Shown here in pieces: positions 1-12,940 of a stretch of DNA of 64,000 bases. Origin of the DNA: Cetorhinus maximus (taxonomy: Eukaryota). The notes beneath the pieces are model-generated. The model saw nothing but the letters and a program-made list of their open reading frames with translations. It ran no database searches and was not told the origin of the DNA. A program made the position numbers and the translations under genes. The DNA lies in the NCBI RefSeq assembly GCF_964194155.1, contig NC_135890.1, positions 27,218,001 through 27,282,000 of the forward strand, in the 5' to 3' direction. The stretch's first letter is position 1. The number at the start of each line of letters is the position of its first letter.

Positions 1-3000
1 TTCTGTAAACTTTATATGATTCTTTGATTTTACATCTTGTGACTCATTGGCAAAGCCATTGAGATTCTTATTACCCATAACATTTAATTACTGATAGCAG
101 TGCAGTATTTTTACAGCACTACCATTCTGGGTTGGTGGACATTGTGTGAATCACAGCTTGAATTGAGCAGGTTGAATGTAGCATTGGAAGTGGTGGAAAT
201 AGACATGGCACTGGCCACCTCTGTTTGTTTACTGCAAACTTTTGTTGCCTTTTACATGCACTTTTCCTGGAAAGCATAAATGATGCATTATATTTCATGG
301 ACCCGAAACAATTGACATTACCAACCTTCACACTCTGTTCCACCCAGGATACCTGGTCTGAAGTGCAAGGATTGCCAGCTGTTTCTAGCATAAATGGAAA
401 TTTTTTCATTACCTTTCACAAAAAAATCATCACATACCCAAAAGCATTTTAAACCATCAGTTGTGAACATAAATTTGTTGACTGAAGTGCAGGTACAGCT
501 TTTGCTAGGTTACAAGCCTTAGTGACTTATCACATGATAGTTGCAGATAAGGAAGCCCATTTCAGCTAAACCATCCAGAATGATCCTCATTCTGTGTCTC
601 ATTGCAGCAACTAATTAGTTCTGAAATGATTTAAAGTTTGCTACCTCTGTTCTAACAGGAGCCCGTTTCATGTATTATTCATTCTTTGTATGAAGTAAAC
701 TTAAACTTGCAACTTCCTTGTCCTACTCCTTCAATTTAATGAAAAGTAATTTTCCAGATTTGCCATACTGTTTACAATTTTGCTTATGCCTGTAAACTTC
801 TCAGATGTCTCATTTCAATGTTTTTTCCAGTTTTTATTCATAATTGAGATGCCTGAGGTAGAGGACCATCCTTGTGCTCTTCTCTGCACTGCTACCAGTG
901 TTTGCATCCCTCCCTTGCAGCTTGATGACGAAGTTTGGAAATTATACTTGAGACGTAGTCTGATCAGAGCACTCTGCAGTTTGATTATGACTACTTCTGA
1001 ACTGTATTCTATTAACATTCTACTAACTTTGTTGATTGCTGTTCTGCATTGGTTGGACATTTTGTGTCAAGTTACCAAGGCTTGGATCTCTTCCAATGCC
1101 ACCTATTGCTATTTGAACACTAATCACAAACTGTATGTATTGCTTATTTTTAATCTCCTATCAGTAGTATTTTATATTGTTTGTATTAAGTTTCATCCAC
1201 CACTTTTGTTCTTCTCACTTGCACATTTTATCTTCATTTTGAAATTTTTGTGTTGCCTCTTTCAATTTCACTACTCCTTTCATGAGTTAGTATTATCTGC
1301 AAATTTGATCAGCTTGCATTATATTTCTGAGCCGAAGGCTGGAATTTTCCTTTTTGAGGTGAGTAGCAGGAGTCGGGGTCAATCCCAACATTGATCCTGA
1401 CTTCATCCTGGCAGTGCCAGCAGGCGTGATTCTTCTTCATCTCTCGGAGGGTGGGATGCCCTGGAGCTGGGCCTGCCATGGAGACAGAGGTGGGCCAATG
1501 ATGAAGTGGCCAGGTTAAAAGGCCTTCCCTAATTCCAAGAAACAATGGCCCAGTTCTTCATTGCCATTAGTGGTTTCTAGAAAAAAAGTTAAACCTGCAG
1601 ATCAGTGCAGTGCCCCTGTCACCTTCCTATCTACTTTAGAGCTTGTGAGTTCTGTTTCTGGAGTAACATTTCAAAGTTGTTGTAAAGCTAATCAGTCTGT
1701 CAAAATTAACAAACATTGCTTGAATAGGCACATTGAAAAATCATTAATCTTTTCAGAATTTTGTAAATCTATCACAGCCATCAAACTCGTCATTCCCCAG
1801 GACAGCTGAATAAACAAACTCTATGCTACAGAATCTATTAGTGCCTTTGAAAGCAGTCAAAAGCTCATACATCTGTCAAAGTTTTCAAACAGCCAAACAG
1901 TTGGCTGAGCTAATTTGCAAAGAATGAAGAGTGTTTAAACAATTAGCTCTGGATCTTACAATGGGGTAGCCTTTCAATGTTGTACAATGCAGAATTTCAC
2001 TTTATCCAATGGATAATCTATTCTAATGCACCTGAAGACTTTCCCACATTTACAATACCGTTCCTTCACTTTACAGCTTGTCAGTTGTCAGAAGTAACAA
2101 CCTGGTAACCATATTATTTAATGGCTAAAACACTATCATCACTCACTTTATTAAACACAGATACAACTCAGGCTAAATCATTTAATGATGAACTGTAACA
2201 GAAGCAACCACCATTTTTACTCCCCTTTTATGTTCTTCTCATCTCCAATCCATAGTTCACGCCTCCACTCTGCAGGCGTGGTTGATAAGTGCTTCCAAAA
2301 CACGGCCACCTCAAATTCCAGAAGTTCTGAAATGCCCACTTTTATAATGGTGCCGGCAATACCCCTTTTCCCACTCCGCTGAAAATGGCTGGAGATGAAA
2401 ATGGAGGTGGGATTTCCACTTTTGTGTCTCAGTGGCCTGACTCTGTTTGACACCCCAAAAACCTGATGCAAGTCACTAATGTAAATTAGAATTAGTTAGT
2501 TGCAGTTGGGTATTCTAGCACTAACACCCAGGACCCCAACTTCATTCTCCTGCCCCATTTAACCCCTTCGACCAATTTCTTATCCATAACCTTCGAATTT
2601 ACCTTGAACTCCAAAAGCTTTGAGTTGATATGAAACTTTGTCAAATGGCATCTGGATGTCTTTAACATCCACGTTATGTGGTGTATCAGAATTATTTTTT
2701 TACTTCCTCAAAGAAGTCAAACATCTTCGTCAGGCAGGATCAATGTTAACTGCTGTTATTTAAGTACTGGCTTTACAGATAAAGGTCAAGCTTACATCTG
2801 ATTTCTATAATTTTACAATGGTTTGAAGTAAATTTAAAACTGGTGGATATGGAAGGGTTATTTCTAAAAAATAACTAGATGATATGTACAAATAAGTAGA
2901 TTTCCATTCATCAAGTAAACGGTGGCCAAGCACCCTTCTCACACTCTAGGTGAGGGTTTAATGCCTGACTTGTGTGTCCATGAAGCTGCCATACAAAGGG

Positions 3001-3357
3001 ACGATGTCATGTCAGATATTCAACAAATAGTCTCTTCCCCACCTCAACACTAACCCACACTACCAAGTAACAACCAAGCAATTGACACTTGCCGTGTGCA
3101 GTGCTTGCAATATGGCACAAAAATATTGTAAGCACAATTAATCCTGTAAGATTTAACACATGGATGAAAATCAATTTTCCACGCCAGAAGGGTCCTGCTT
3201 TGGACAAGTGAGATGGCAACAGTAAGTATATTTTCGCACTGAATATGTGTTTTTGTTTTCTGTTTCTGATCATGCTTATTAACATGATGACATTTTATAT
3301 TGCAGGTTAAAGTGGGAAATGTTCTTTGTTTACTAGATTTGTGTTTCTTTTCCATAG

Positions 3358-3459
<102 letters not shown>

Positions 3460-3599
3460 TAGTTGGTGAAATACCTTGGCATAACTCAGAAGTTGGACCT
3501 GAAAAAGTACCCAATGTTGCCCTCATTTGCTGATTTTAAGTTGCACCCACGTACCCTCCCAAACTCATTAGAATATATCCGAACTTAAAATGGGTGGAT

Positions 3600-5340
3600 A
3601 TGGGCATAAATCAAAAAAACAATCGGTGCCCAAGGAAATTGTCACTGGCTGTCCCTCGATTCGAGGATGACATCTATTCGGCTGCAAGTTTCTGCCATGG
3701 GTCTTCATGTGATTGGGCAGGCCAATTCTTGACCCGCAGATCTTTGGGCAGGATGTCCCATGAGGTAGTGGCATCTGGAGTGCAGGGTTTGTTTCTTTTA
3801 CTTTGTTTTTCTGCCTCATTATTACGATGTTTGGACTTACATGATGCAGCATGCTGGGAAAGTTGTAGCCACTTTGAACAATTTTATCAAGCCCCTCCCA
3901 GTCATTAATATTAATGTTGCTGTGCTTCAAGGAGAGCTTCAGAGTGTTTTTGAAGCATTTTCTTTGTCTTCACCTGGAATTTTGGCCATTTAGGAGTTGA
4001 GAAAACAAGACCTGGCCAGGGGAGATGCTTTTAGGCCACCTGGTCACAGTGTCCATCCAGTCCACCATAGTTGATTTTGCAGGAGTTTTGCCTGAATGCT
4101 TGCGGAGCTGCTTTCAGGAAAGATACTAGAGTTTGTTTGACATTCTTTCCAATTGAATCGGAGGATGTGGCGGAAGTACTGCTGATGGACTTCCTCTAGT
4201 GCTCTTATGTGTCCCTGATGCACAGTCCAGGTCTCGCTGCAGTACAAGAATATGGTGCTGACGACTGCTTTGTATGCTAGACCTTTAGTTGATTGCAGAG
4301 GGCTTTGTTGTCAAGCACTTGCTGCTATAGTTTGTAGAAGGCTGAGCTGGCACAGCTCATCCTGTGTTGGATCTTCTTGTGAATGGTGGCCTTATGAGAG
4401 TGGCAGCTACCAAGGTATGGGAAGCACTCAACATATTCCAGAGCCTCTCCTTCAACATATATAGACTCATATAGACGTCTACAGCACAGAAGGAGGACAT
4501 TCGGCCCATCGTGTCCACGCCAGTCAACAAAGACCTGACTACACTAATCCCATTTTCCAGCGCTTGGCCCATAGCCCTGGAGGCTATGACAACACAAGGA
4601 AATATCTAAATGTTTCTTAAATGTTATGAGAGTTTCAGACTCAACCACCCTTTCAGGCAGTGAGTTCTAGACTCCCACCACCCTCTGGGTGAAAAAAATT
4701 CTCCTTAACTCCCCTCTTAGTCTTCTACCTCATCTTAAATCTATGCCCCTTGGTTATTGACCCCTCTACTAATGGAAAAAGTGCCTTCCTATCAATTCCC
4801 CTCATAATATTATACACCTCTATTAGGACCCCTCTCAACCTTCATTGCTTCAAGGAAAACAACCCCAGCCTATTCAATCTTTCCTCATAACTCAGACCCT
4901 CCAGCCCAGGCAGCATCCTGGTAAATCTCCTGGTAAATATGGGAGGGGGAATACTTGGCTGACCAGATGTGGGTTGATATGAGTTTTATTTTGGCAACAT
5001 TCAAGGACAGGTCGAATCTCTTGTATGCAAAATTGAAGAGATTGAGAATAGGTTGCAAATCTGGTATAGAGTGGGCAACGTCACTGCAGCCGTCCACAAA
5101 CTGTAGATCATGTAAAGCTAAAATGGTCAGTTTCGTTTTGGCACAGAGGCAACTGAAGCTGAAAAGTTTTCCATCTAGGCGGTATTTAATACCTGCACCA
5201 GAAGGCAGTTGATCTTTTGATGAGACAAATAGCCACTGCCAGGTAGATTGTAAATAGCATGGAGGGTATCACACAGCCTTGCTTGACCCCGGTCAGAATT
5301 TTGAAGGCGTCTGTTTCAGATCTCCCACTCAAGACAGCTC
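3600..5340 (-). mobile_element. RTE-clade LINE, 3' ORF remnant, interrupted by a CR1
   Basis: Translated fragments YCSETWT...RHILRFNW, LSLNVAKIK and C-terminal CPKICGSRIGLPNHMKTH, typical of RTE. Confidence 0.75.
4461..4932 (-). mobile_element. CR1 LINE 3' fragment nested in the RTE
   Basis: Similar to the CR1 ORF2 end and 3' UTR copies at 60845-61330 and 58585-58968. Confidence 0.75.
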
Positions 5341-5459
5341 AAGGGAACACCAAACTCAACAGTATATTTCTTTATTGAGTCTTGAAATTAATGTTTAAAC
5401 TCATTCCTGCACATCAGGTGTAGCAAGTTTCAGAACATGCAGTTAGTGTACTCGTACAA

Positions 5460-6137
5460 GGAACATCAGAAGTTAGCATGTAGGTATGGCAGTACTTAGG
5501 AAAGCAAATTACATGTTGGCTTTTCCTGTAAGGGGGTTGGAGTACAAGAGTAAAGAAGCATTGCTATGTCTGTTGTGGAGCTTCGGTGAGACAGCACTGG
5601 GAATACTGTGTGCAGTTTTGCTCTCTGTACTTAAGGAAGGTTGTACTTGCATTGGAGGCAGTCCAGTGAAGGTTCACTAGATTGGTCCCTGTGCTGAGGG
5701 AGTTGTGCTAAGATGAGAGGCTGTGTAAATTGGGTCTATATTCTCTGGAGTTGGAAAGAATGATTTCATTGAAACATTCACGATTCAACACTTATGGGCT
5801 TGACAGGGTAGATACTGAGACATTGTGTACCCTGGCTGGGGAGCTTAGAACATGGGGGCGCAGCCTCAGGATAAGGGGCTGATCATTTAGGACTGAGAAT
5901 AGGAGAAATTTGTTCATTCAAAAGGTTGTGTATCTTTGGAATTCTCTACCTTAAGGGTTGTGGATGTGCCATCATTAAGTATATTTAAAGGTGAGATAGA
6001 CAGATTTTTGGTCTCTCATGGACTCCAGGGATGTGGGGAGCCGGTGAGAAAGTTGGAGTTGGAGCTGAAGATCAGCCATGATCATATTGAATGGTGAAGT
6101 TAGTATGGTCTTCTCCTGCTTCTATTTCTTACGTTCT
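5460..6137 (+). mobile_element. CR1 LINE 3' fragment
   Basis: RKANYMLAF...LEYKSKE motif; 3' tail ctcctgcttctatttcttacgttctt. Confidence 0.8.
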
Positions 6138-6759
6138 TGTGAGAAGCTTTTTAATGTGAATTATGCTTATTATAAAAAAGACAAAAAAAGAAATAGAGAA
6201 TACAGAGCAGGTCTTAGTGAGGGTAATTCTCTTTTTATAAAAAAAATCAAAAAATTGCACTTAAAAGGTAAGAAATTGATTTTGTTCCCTGAGAATCTGG
6301 AGGTATTGTTGAGAGATCCTTGAAGAAGTGCATTGGAGGAAAGTTAAGAGTCAATGGCATGGCTAATTTGGTAGATGGAAATTCTTTTGGATGGAAAGAT
6401 TTGGATGTTTTCTAGTTACACGGGTAACTCACTTGCGTCCGTAATTCTGTGATCTTCAAAGCCACATAATTGGTTTGTGCCCAGATTGCAAGTGTATCTG
6501 GATGCAAATACAGAGGAAACTCCAGACCCCTTGTCTAAAAACTGTTTTCTTGAATGCAGAGTAAACCACTGTTGGTACTAAGTTCTCTTACCCCAGAAAT
6601 TGGTCACTTGTTGCTGGCAAAGCTGCTAAAACTGTGGACTAAAGTAGGGAAAAAAAATTTGCTGACCATGTGGCAGATTCATTTCTACATCAAACTTTTA
6701 GCACTAACTTCTGTCATTTCAGCATTAATAAGTTATCCATAAGCAGATTAGTCAGAACT

Positions 6760-7197
6760 TTTCAGGGATGAGAAATTTCTACCATTTGGTGGAATTCCGA
6801 CATTTAGATAATGAAATTCCACCCTTTTAAATTTTGTTTCCCAACCTCTGCCTCCCCTTTGTTGCTGCTACCTCCAATTCAACCAAAGCCAGGGACAGAG
6901 ACTCAAAAAGTCTGGAAAATTTCTGCCATCAAAGAGGCCGGGAGCAGGCTTGGAGGAGCCGCCACTCATCCCACCAGGGGGGCATGCTGTGCTGCTGGCC
7001 ACTTGGTTGGGCCAAGGGATTCGGCAGGCAAGGAAAGGAAGAGGGAGAGCTTGAGACTTGGTGGGGTTTGGCAGGCTGGGGGTGCAGGGGGTGTTGGAAC
7101 TATGGGATGCTGAGTGAGCTGGGGGGACAGGGGCTGCCGAGTAATGACTTTGGGGAGGGGAGTTGGGACGGTGTGTGCGTGTGTGGATGTATGTAGG
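6760..7197. mobile_element. GC-rich MITE-like fragment, truncated at the ERV junction
   Basis: Composition and G-rich interior resemble the MITEs at 44731 and 53593; no second TIR seen. Confidence 0.35.
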
Positions 7198-7650
7198 GGT
7201 TATTGGCTTAGTACAATGAGGACCAGAGTTAATCGTCTCCTAACCCTAAATTCGCTTTATTCACGTTGTTCCATCGTATACATATAGCTTATAGGTCTGG
7301 TTAGATATAGACATGCAGTTTGCACCAGGTATAGTCTTATACCCAAACTAGGATCTAAACCCACACCCCGAAATTCTCCACTCTTATACTGAATCTTATC
7401 TCTTCAAGCTGTGCTGTCTCTCTCCCGTTGGTTTAGGCTTCCTTGCCTAGTCTGTGGCATCTCCTCATCTGTCCCAAGAACTTGGGTAGCATAACCTCGT
7501 TACCCCTTTTCTAAATAAGGACTTGTGTCTCATCACATTTCCTTTGTCTTTGCTAATTCAAACCGGTTCCAGCCAGCTCAGGCCAGTGACTGACCTCAGG
7601 TTACTTCAGTTCAAAAGTTGCTCAGGAGTTTCTGCAGCCCCTGGCCAACA
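7198..7650 (-). repeat. 3' LTR of the ERV (internally deleted, U5 end truncated)
   Basis: Aligns to 14847-15487 with the 180 bp equivalent to 15021-15200 missing; AATAAA on the minus strand at 7256-7261. Confidence 0.9.
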
Positions 7651-7663
7651 TCTCCCCTCTTTT
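7651..7663 (-). promoter_or_regulatory. Polypurine tract
   Basis: Minus strand AAAAGAGGGGAGA abuts the TG of the 3' LTR. Confidence 0.9.
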
Positions 7664-7815
7664 GATCCAAAGATCTTAGGATCATTATTCTCCCTTTCTG
7701 TGTACCACTCCTGAGGTTGTCATTGTCCCTCAGTAGGCATGTTATATCCGCGATATCACATGGTTATATAAAAATATAAAAGAGGAGCGTATATAAAATA
7801 TACTTCACAGTGTCC

Positions 7816-8964
7816 TTATATTGATAATCGTTTCTTCTGTTTCATTATAGCACTAACATTCAATCGTTGAAAAATTTCAATTTTCCACCTTCTAAGCTGA
7901 TATATGTTGAATATGACAAGTATTAATGCACATAAAATCACAACTACAGCAGCATGTGATAAAATCCTGACCCATGGATGTATTTGAACATTAGATCCCC
8001 AATTCCAAAACTTATCCCAGAACCTGGGGTCCCGTAGCAGTTCCTCTGCTTTATCAGCATGAGTTCTAATTATTTTAGTATGTTTAGTCCATTGGTGAAT
8101 TATCTCTTTGGACGCAAATAGCAGAGGAAGCCAATCTGCAGTCAGGTGCGGAATAGGTGGTAGTTCGGTAGGAACATATTTCCGCAGATCTTGGTCTATA
8201 TCGGTACATTGGACTGTGAGGTCTTTCATTTATTACCATCCTCATTATTGGCTTAGGCAGAACTTGTCCACCGATAACCAGGTCTAAGGTCACATTGTTA
8301 ATGGCCACATTGTGTCCTTCCAGAGGGCACTGTTTCCATCCTTTGTTATAGTTCATAGCCGCTGTGGCTATGTCATATGTTTGTCCCACAAGGGCGTATT
8401 GTAAAAAGGACTGGCTGTTATCAGGCAGAATGGACAATGAACAATTTTCATAAGTACTGACAATTGATGATGATCCAGCCAATCTTTCTAAAACGCCTGC
8501 TTATATCCTCCCCAATCAATATATCTCCGGTATGAGTCGCTACCCCAGTCAATATTCACATAGGTGTGGTCCCAGTGGACCATAATTTTACCTCGACCGT
8601 CACTCCCCGATGGTCGCTCAATAAATGGACCCACAAATTGACTAATGATTTTTCCCTCTGGGATTACTGACAATGTCACCTCTAGAACTTTGTTGCATGA
8701 AAACTGTACTCCCGCTTCCTCCGGTATACCCAAAGTTTTTCCTGCGCTAATTCCCGTATAATATAAATTTAAGTCCTCTCTTTTCCCTTTGTTGGTTCGG
8801 ACTGTCTTATTCTGCAGAGCAAAGTTGTTCCTGGTCTCGGGATATCCCTCTGCCGCCGACACTGCTTCAGGTACGTTCATTCGTTGTGACGGCTTCTAGG
8901 CAGGTTCAACCGCAGTTCTGATGATGGTCAATCTGATAGCAACAAAATGCATTATCCCCTTCAT
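7816..8964 (-). pseudogene. env: ERV env-like gene, disrupted, ~380 codons
   Basis: Splice acceptor ttcattacag ending at 8977, ATG at 8964, signal-like N-terminus, N-glycosylation sequons (NKT, NCS, NVT), Trp-rich FWDKFWNWG, then TM ILSHAAVVVILCALILVIFNIY and a basic tail; lies between IN and the PPT. Confidence 0.75.
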
Positions 8965-9235
8965 TTTAGGCTGGACCTGTAATGAACAAGTGTAATTTCT
9001 GTTCTTATTTACAGTTTCTTTTGAGTACTATTTTAAGTCCAGTCTCTCCATATACTGAGCCAGACCGTCCATATCCTGTTCCCAATTTGTTTCAGATTCT
9101 AACTGTCCATTTCTTCTAACCCACTTATCCCCCTTCTTTGTTTTATTTTTCTTTCGTTTTTTCCCTTGGATTTGCCTCTGTATATGAACGGACAGTATCA
9201 AATTTGTTTTCAATCACCTCCTCTTTGATCTGTAG

Positions 9236-12200
9236 CTAGTCCTGTTCTTGATCTCCCTGACCTTCGGGATTCGGAACATCATTAGCATCGAGCAGCACAT
9301 GCCAATGGTGATTATCTTGTTTTTCTCCCACTAACTTTAGTTGATTAATGTGATACCAGCCACTCTTATCTGGTGTCGTTAATATCTTGTATACAGATGG
9401 GCTAGCTTTATCTACTATCTCATAGGGGCCAGCAAACTTTGGACTCAAGAATGAGGTGGGCTGGTGTATTCTAATCATTACTCTTTGTCCGGGGCTCAAC
9501 TCTATCGGGCTGGCTTTTGCGTCGAAATAAGCCTTGCTTTGCTGTTTCTTCTTTCCCTGTTGGTGAGCGGCTACATAATTTGCTTCTTTTACTGTTTCTA
9601 CTAGCTGTTGTACCCATTTTTCTGATATAATGTGGTCTACCTCGGGTTTGGACAAATCCAAACCTACCAACCCCTGCATTCCCCTCATGTCCCTTCCTGT
9701 CATGAGTCTATAAGGAGTGTAGCCTGTTGATGAAGCCACGATATTCCTGATTATCATCAGCACGAGCTGTCAGGTTGTCTTGTGCTGCTGCACCATTCTG
9801 GCTATCATGTTTTTCAATGTCCGATTCATTCTTTCCACAATTCCACTAGACTGTGGTCTATAGGGTATGTGGAATATCATAACATCTTGCATTACTTGGG
9901 CTGTAAAATGTGTTCCCTGATGCGATCCTATGCTTCGGGGTAAACCCCAACGGGTAAACATCTGTAATAAAATTTTCGCAGTAATTTTGGCTGTGTTTGT
10001 TCTCTTCGGAAAAGCTGCCATCCATTTAGTGAAGGTATCCACTATTACTAGAATATACTTGTATCCTCCTGGAGCAGGGGGAAGGGGTCCTACATAGTCT
10101 ATCTGTAAATTAGTCCAAGGCCCTTCTACTGATCTAGTATGTCGGAGGGCCCCTTTCCTAACATTTCTATCGGGGTTGTGTTGTGCACAGATCAAACAAT
10201 TCTTGACATAATGTTCCACGTCACCTTTCATTCCGGGACACCAGCGCACCTCGTTTATCTGATCCAGGGTGCTATCCGTCCCTTTATGTCCCCATAAGTC
10301 ATGGTACCAGTGGATAATTTGGTTTCGTCCCCCCTCTGGCACCACAAATTTTCCCTCACATAAAACCACTCCGTCTTGAAAGTAGACCCCCTCGTGCCTT
10401 TTGTATGTGTCTGACTCTGCTCCTTCTATTAGTTAGTTTCAATTCTCCGTCTTTCTTTTGCTCCTCCGTTAAATCCATTACTTTGGCCTTCTCTTTCTGG
10501 CCCCTGATTTCCCCAATCGGTGGCTGCCATTCCTGTCCACTTACAGCACCTAGTTTGGCTAGTTCATCAGCTTTCCTGTTCTCTTTAGGAGATAGTTTTG
10601 AATGAGCTTTCACTTTTGTGACCCCAAATCCTTTCCCCTGTGCTTCTTCAAAGATGTACTGTAATAGCGGGGCCGAAGGAAGGGGCCTTCCACCCGCTGA
10701 GACAAATCCTCTCGCTTCCCATAGGGGCAAATGTTCTGTGAGGCTATTACAGACATACATGCTATCAGAATATATGACTGATCTAGGCAGAAAGTATTCC
10801 AGATGGCCAATCACATATGCGACGGCAGTTCTGCTGCCTGTGCACTCATGGTTTTAGGTAATTTCAAAGCCGCACTATATCTTTCCTGTCCGTGTTCATC
10901 CTCCATGTATATCCCACAGCCAGTTCTCCTTTCCCCATCCTGTACTGATGAAGAGCCATCCACAAAAATTTTAAAATAGGGTTCTTCCTTTCCTGTTTCC
11001 TTTGTTTTTCTGCTTTCAGGCCCCGTCTTACTCCCTCCCTTTTTCTTTGATACAAATGGGCCCTTGGGGTAATTTGCTATCATCAGTTGACACCCACGTT
11101 TTTCTCCCTGATAAACTAAGTTGTCTGCTAACATAGTGGTGGTTTTTACCCCCTTTGCAGTTATATTTCTCCCTTGCAGCAACAATGTCCATCTTGCGAT
11201 TCTATTTTGGCTAACTGCACCATCCTTCTGTCTAACAGTAGCTGTACGGGGGTGTGTTCTGTTAATATTGTAAGTGGATTTAGTCCCACTATATAGGTAA
11301 AATGCTACACTGCCCAAAAGACAGCTAGCAAGTGTTTTTCGCATATCGTATACCCCTGCTCTACTGGTGAGGGCGTATGCTACTGGTCGTAATTTCCCGT
11401 GTGCCTCCTGTAATAGAACTGCCGAAAGGGTGGTGTCTGTGGTAGCCACCTCCAACGAAAACAGCTCAGTTGGAGTTGGGGTTTTGAGAGCTGGCGCGGC
11501 AGCTAGTGCTTGCTTTAGAGCGGTCATGGCCTGAGTGTGTTCTGTTTTCCACTCCCAGGCCACATGCTTTTTTAATAATTCCATTAGCAGGGCCGCTTTC
11601 TTGCCGAATCCATCAATGTGGTCCCTGCAATATCCCACCAAGCCTAAGAAGGACCTTAACCCTTTTACATCCCACGGAACAGGGAGTCTACCAACTGTCT
11701 CTTATCCTTCGCTTGTCAATGACCCACTTCCCCGGTGTCAGAATCATTCCCAAGTAAGTAACTTTTTGTTTCATGATCTGCACTTTTTTAGGGTTAATCT
11801 TTAATCCCAAGTCATGTAATAACTGTGGTAATTCACTTAGCAGTTGATAATGTTCCTTTTTGGTTTTAGTTTGTAGGAGTAAGTCGTCTACATACTGCAC
11901 TAGACATTCAGGCCTCGAGAATCCTTTTAACCCTTCCCTCAGCCGCTGGTGAAATATGGACTGGAAATTGTGAAATCCCTGCGGCAGGGCAGTCCATGTA
12001 TATTGCTGTCCTTGGAAAGTAAACACGAATTTATATTGACATTCTTTCTACAGTGGAATAGACCAAAAACCGTTACTTATGTCCAAAACCGTAAACCACT
12101 GTGCATCCTCATTTTGTCGAACTACTGTCTCTGGGCTAGTTGCTACAGTAGGGGCTGTTATTTAATTCTCTGTAGTCTATCGTTAGTCGCCAGCTACCGT

Positions 12201-12940
12201 CGGGTTTCCTCACCGGCCAAATAGGTGCGTTGTTAGTAGAAACTATTGGTCTTAATATCCCTTCCTGCAGCAGAATCTGTATCACCTTCCCTATCTCTTC
12301 TGCTTGTTTTGGGAAACCGTACTGCTCTTGTGGTTTGGGATCTGGACCTTGTATACACACACTCCCGGTCATTTTCCCACAATCATGTTTATGTCGGGCA
12401 AATACAGTCGGGCAAATTTGAGTTTTGTGCAATAATTTGTTGTACTTCACGATCATCACTCATTTCTCCTGGTTCTATCCACATTTCCCCGATCGTGCAT
12501 ATCCTATCCTGATATTCCCCCACCGGGACGAGTGTGAGATTTATACTGCCTATGCCCAAAGGCATTTGACAAATTATACAATTAACGAGGTCAAAGCAGA
12601 GCCTCACTTTGGCCATATAGTCGCTCTCTAATATATGTTCTTGTTCTCTGGGTAATTTGATAAGGACTACTGAATGCCCTATCACTATGTCTCTCACACC
12701 GACTTCCAACGGTACACTCACATATCCTACTTGTGAATACCCTGTGAATCCGCTTAGAATAATTTTGTTTTGAATTTTTCAATCTACGTCATTGATCTGA
12801 GTGGTGTTAACGGTGGTTCAGGACCCCCCTGTGTCCCAAAGAAATGTAATAGGGCGGCCTCCAACCCTATCATTCACTAGGGGTCACCCCGTGTCATCCC
12901 ACCGCGTATCACACACCCATAATGGAGAGGCCTGAGACCG
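9236..12940 (-). pseudogene. pol: ERV pol, disrupted: protease, RT, tether, RNase H, integrase
   Basis: FLWDTGGS (DTG at 12827-12835); KPDGSWRLTIDYRELN, LPQGF and YVDD (11883-11894); RH FVDGS, SAQAAEL, YSDS, KVKAHS, ADELAK; IN HHCC, LQIDYVGP, SSGIVERMN, GPY motif. Confidence 0.93.

Noticed and set aside
780-1394. 204-aa hydrophobic ORF
   Set aside because: Non-ATG start, T-rich intronic composition and no recognisable domain; likely spurious or antisense to decayed repeat.
7189-7197. TSD gta/gtac and an alternative LTR start at TGTA 7192
   Set aside because: The match is incomplete and lies in GT-rich low-complexity flank; it cannot be supported.
9028-9213. Lys-rich 61-aa ORF between pol and env as an accessory gene
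   Set aside because: It has no ATG start and is most simply a frameshifted, low-complexity integrase tail; other copies would be needed to argue otherwise.
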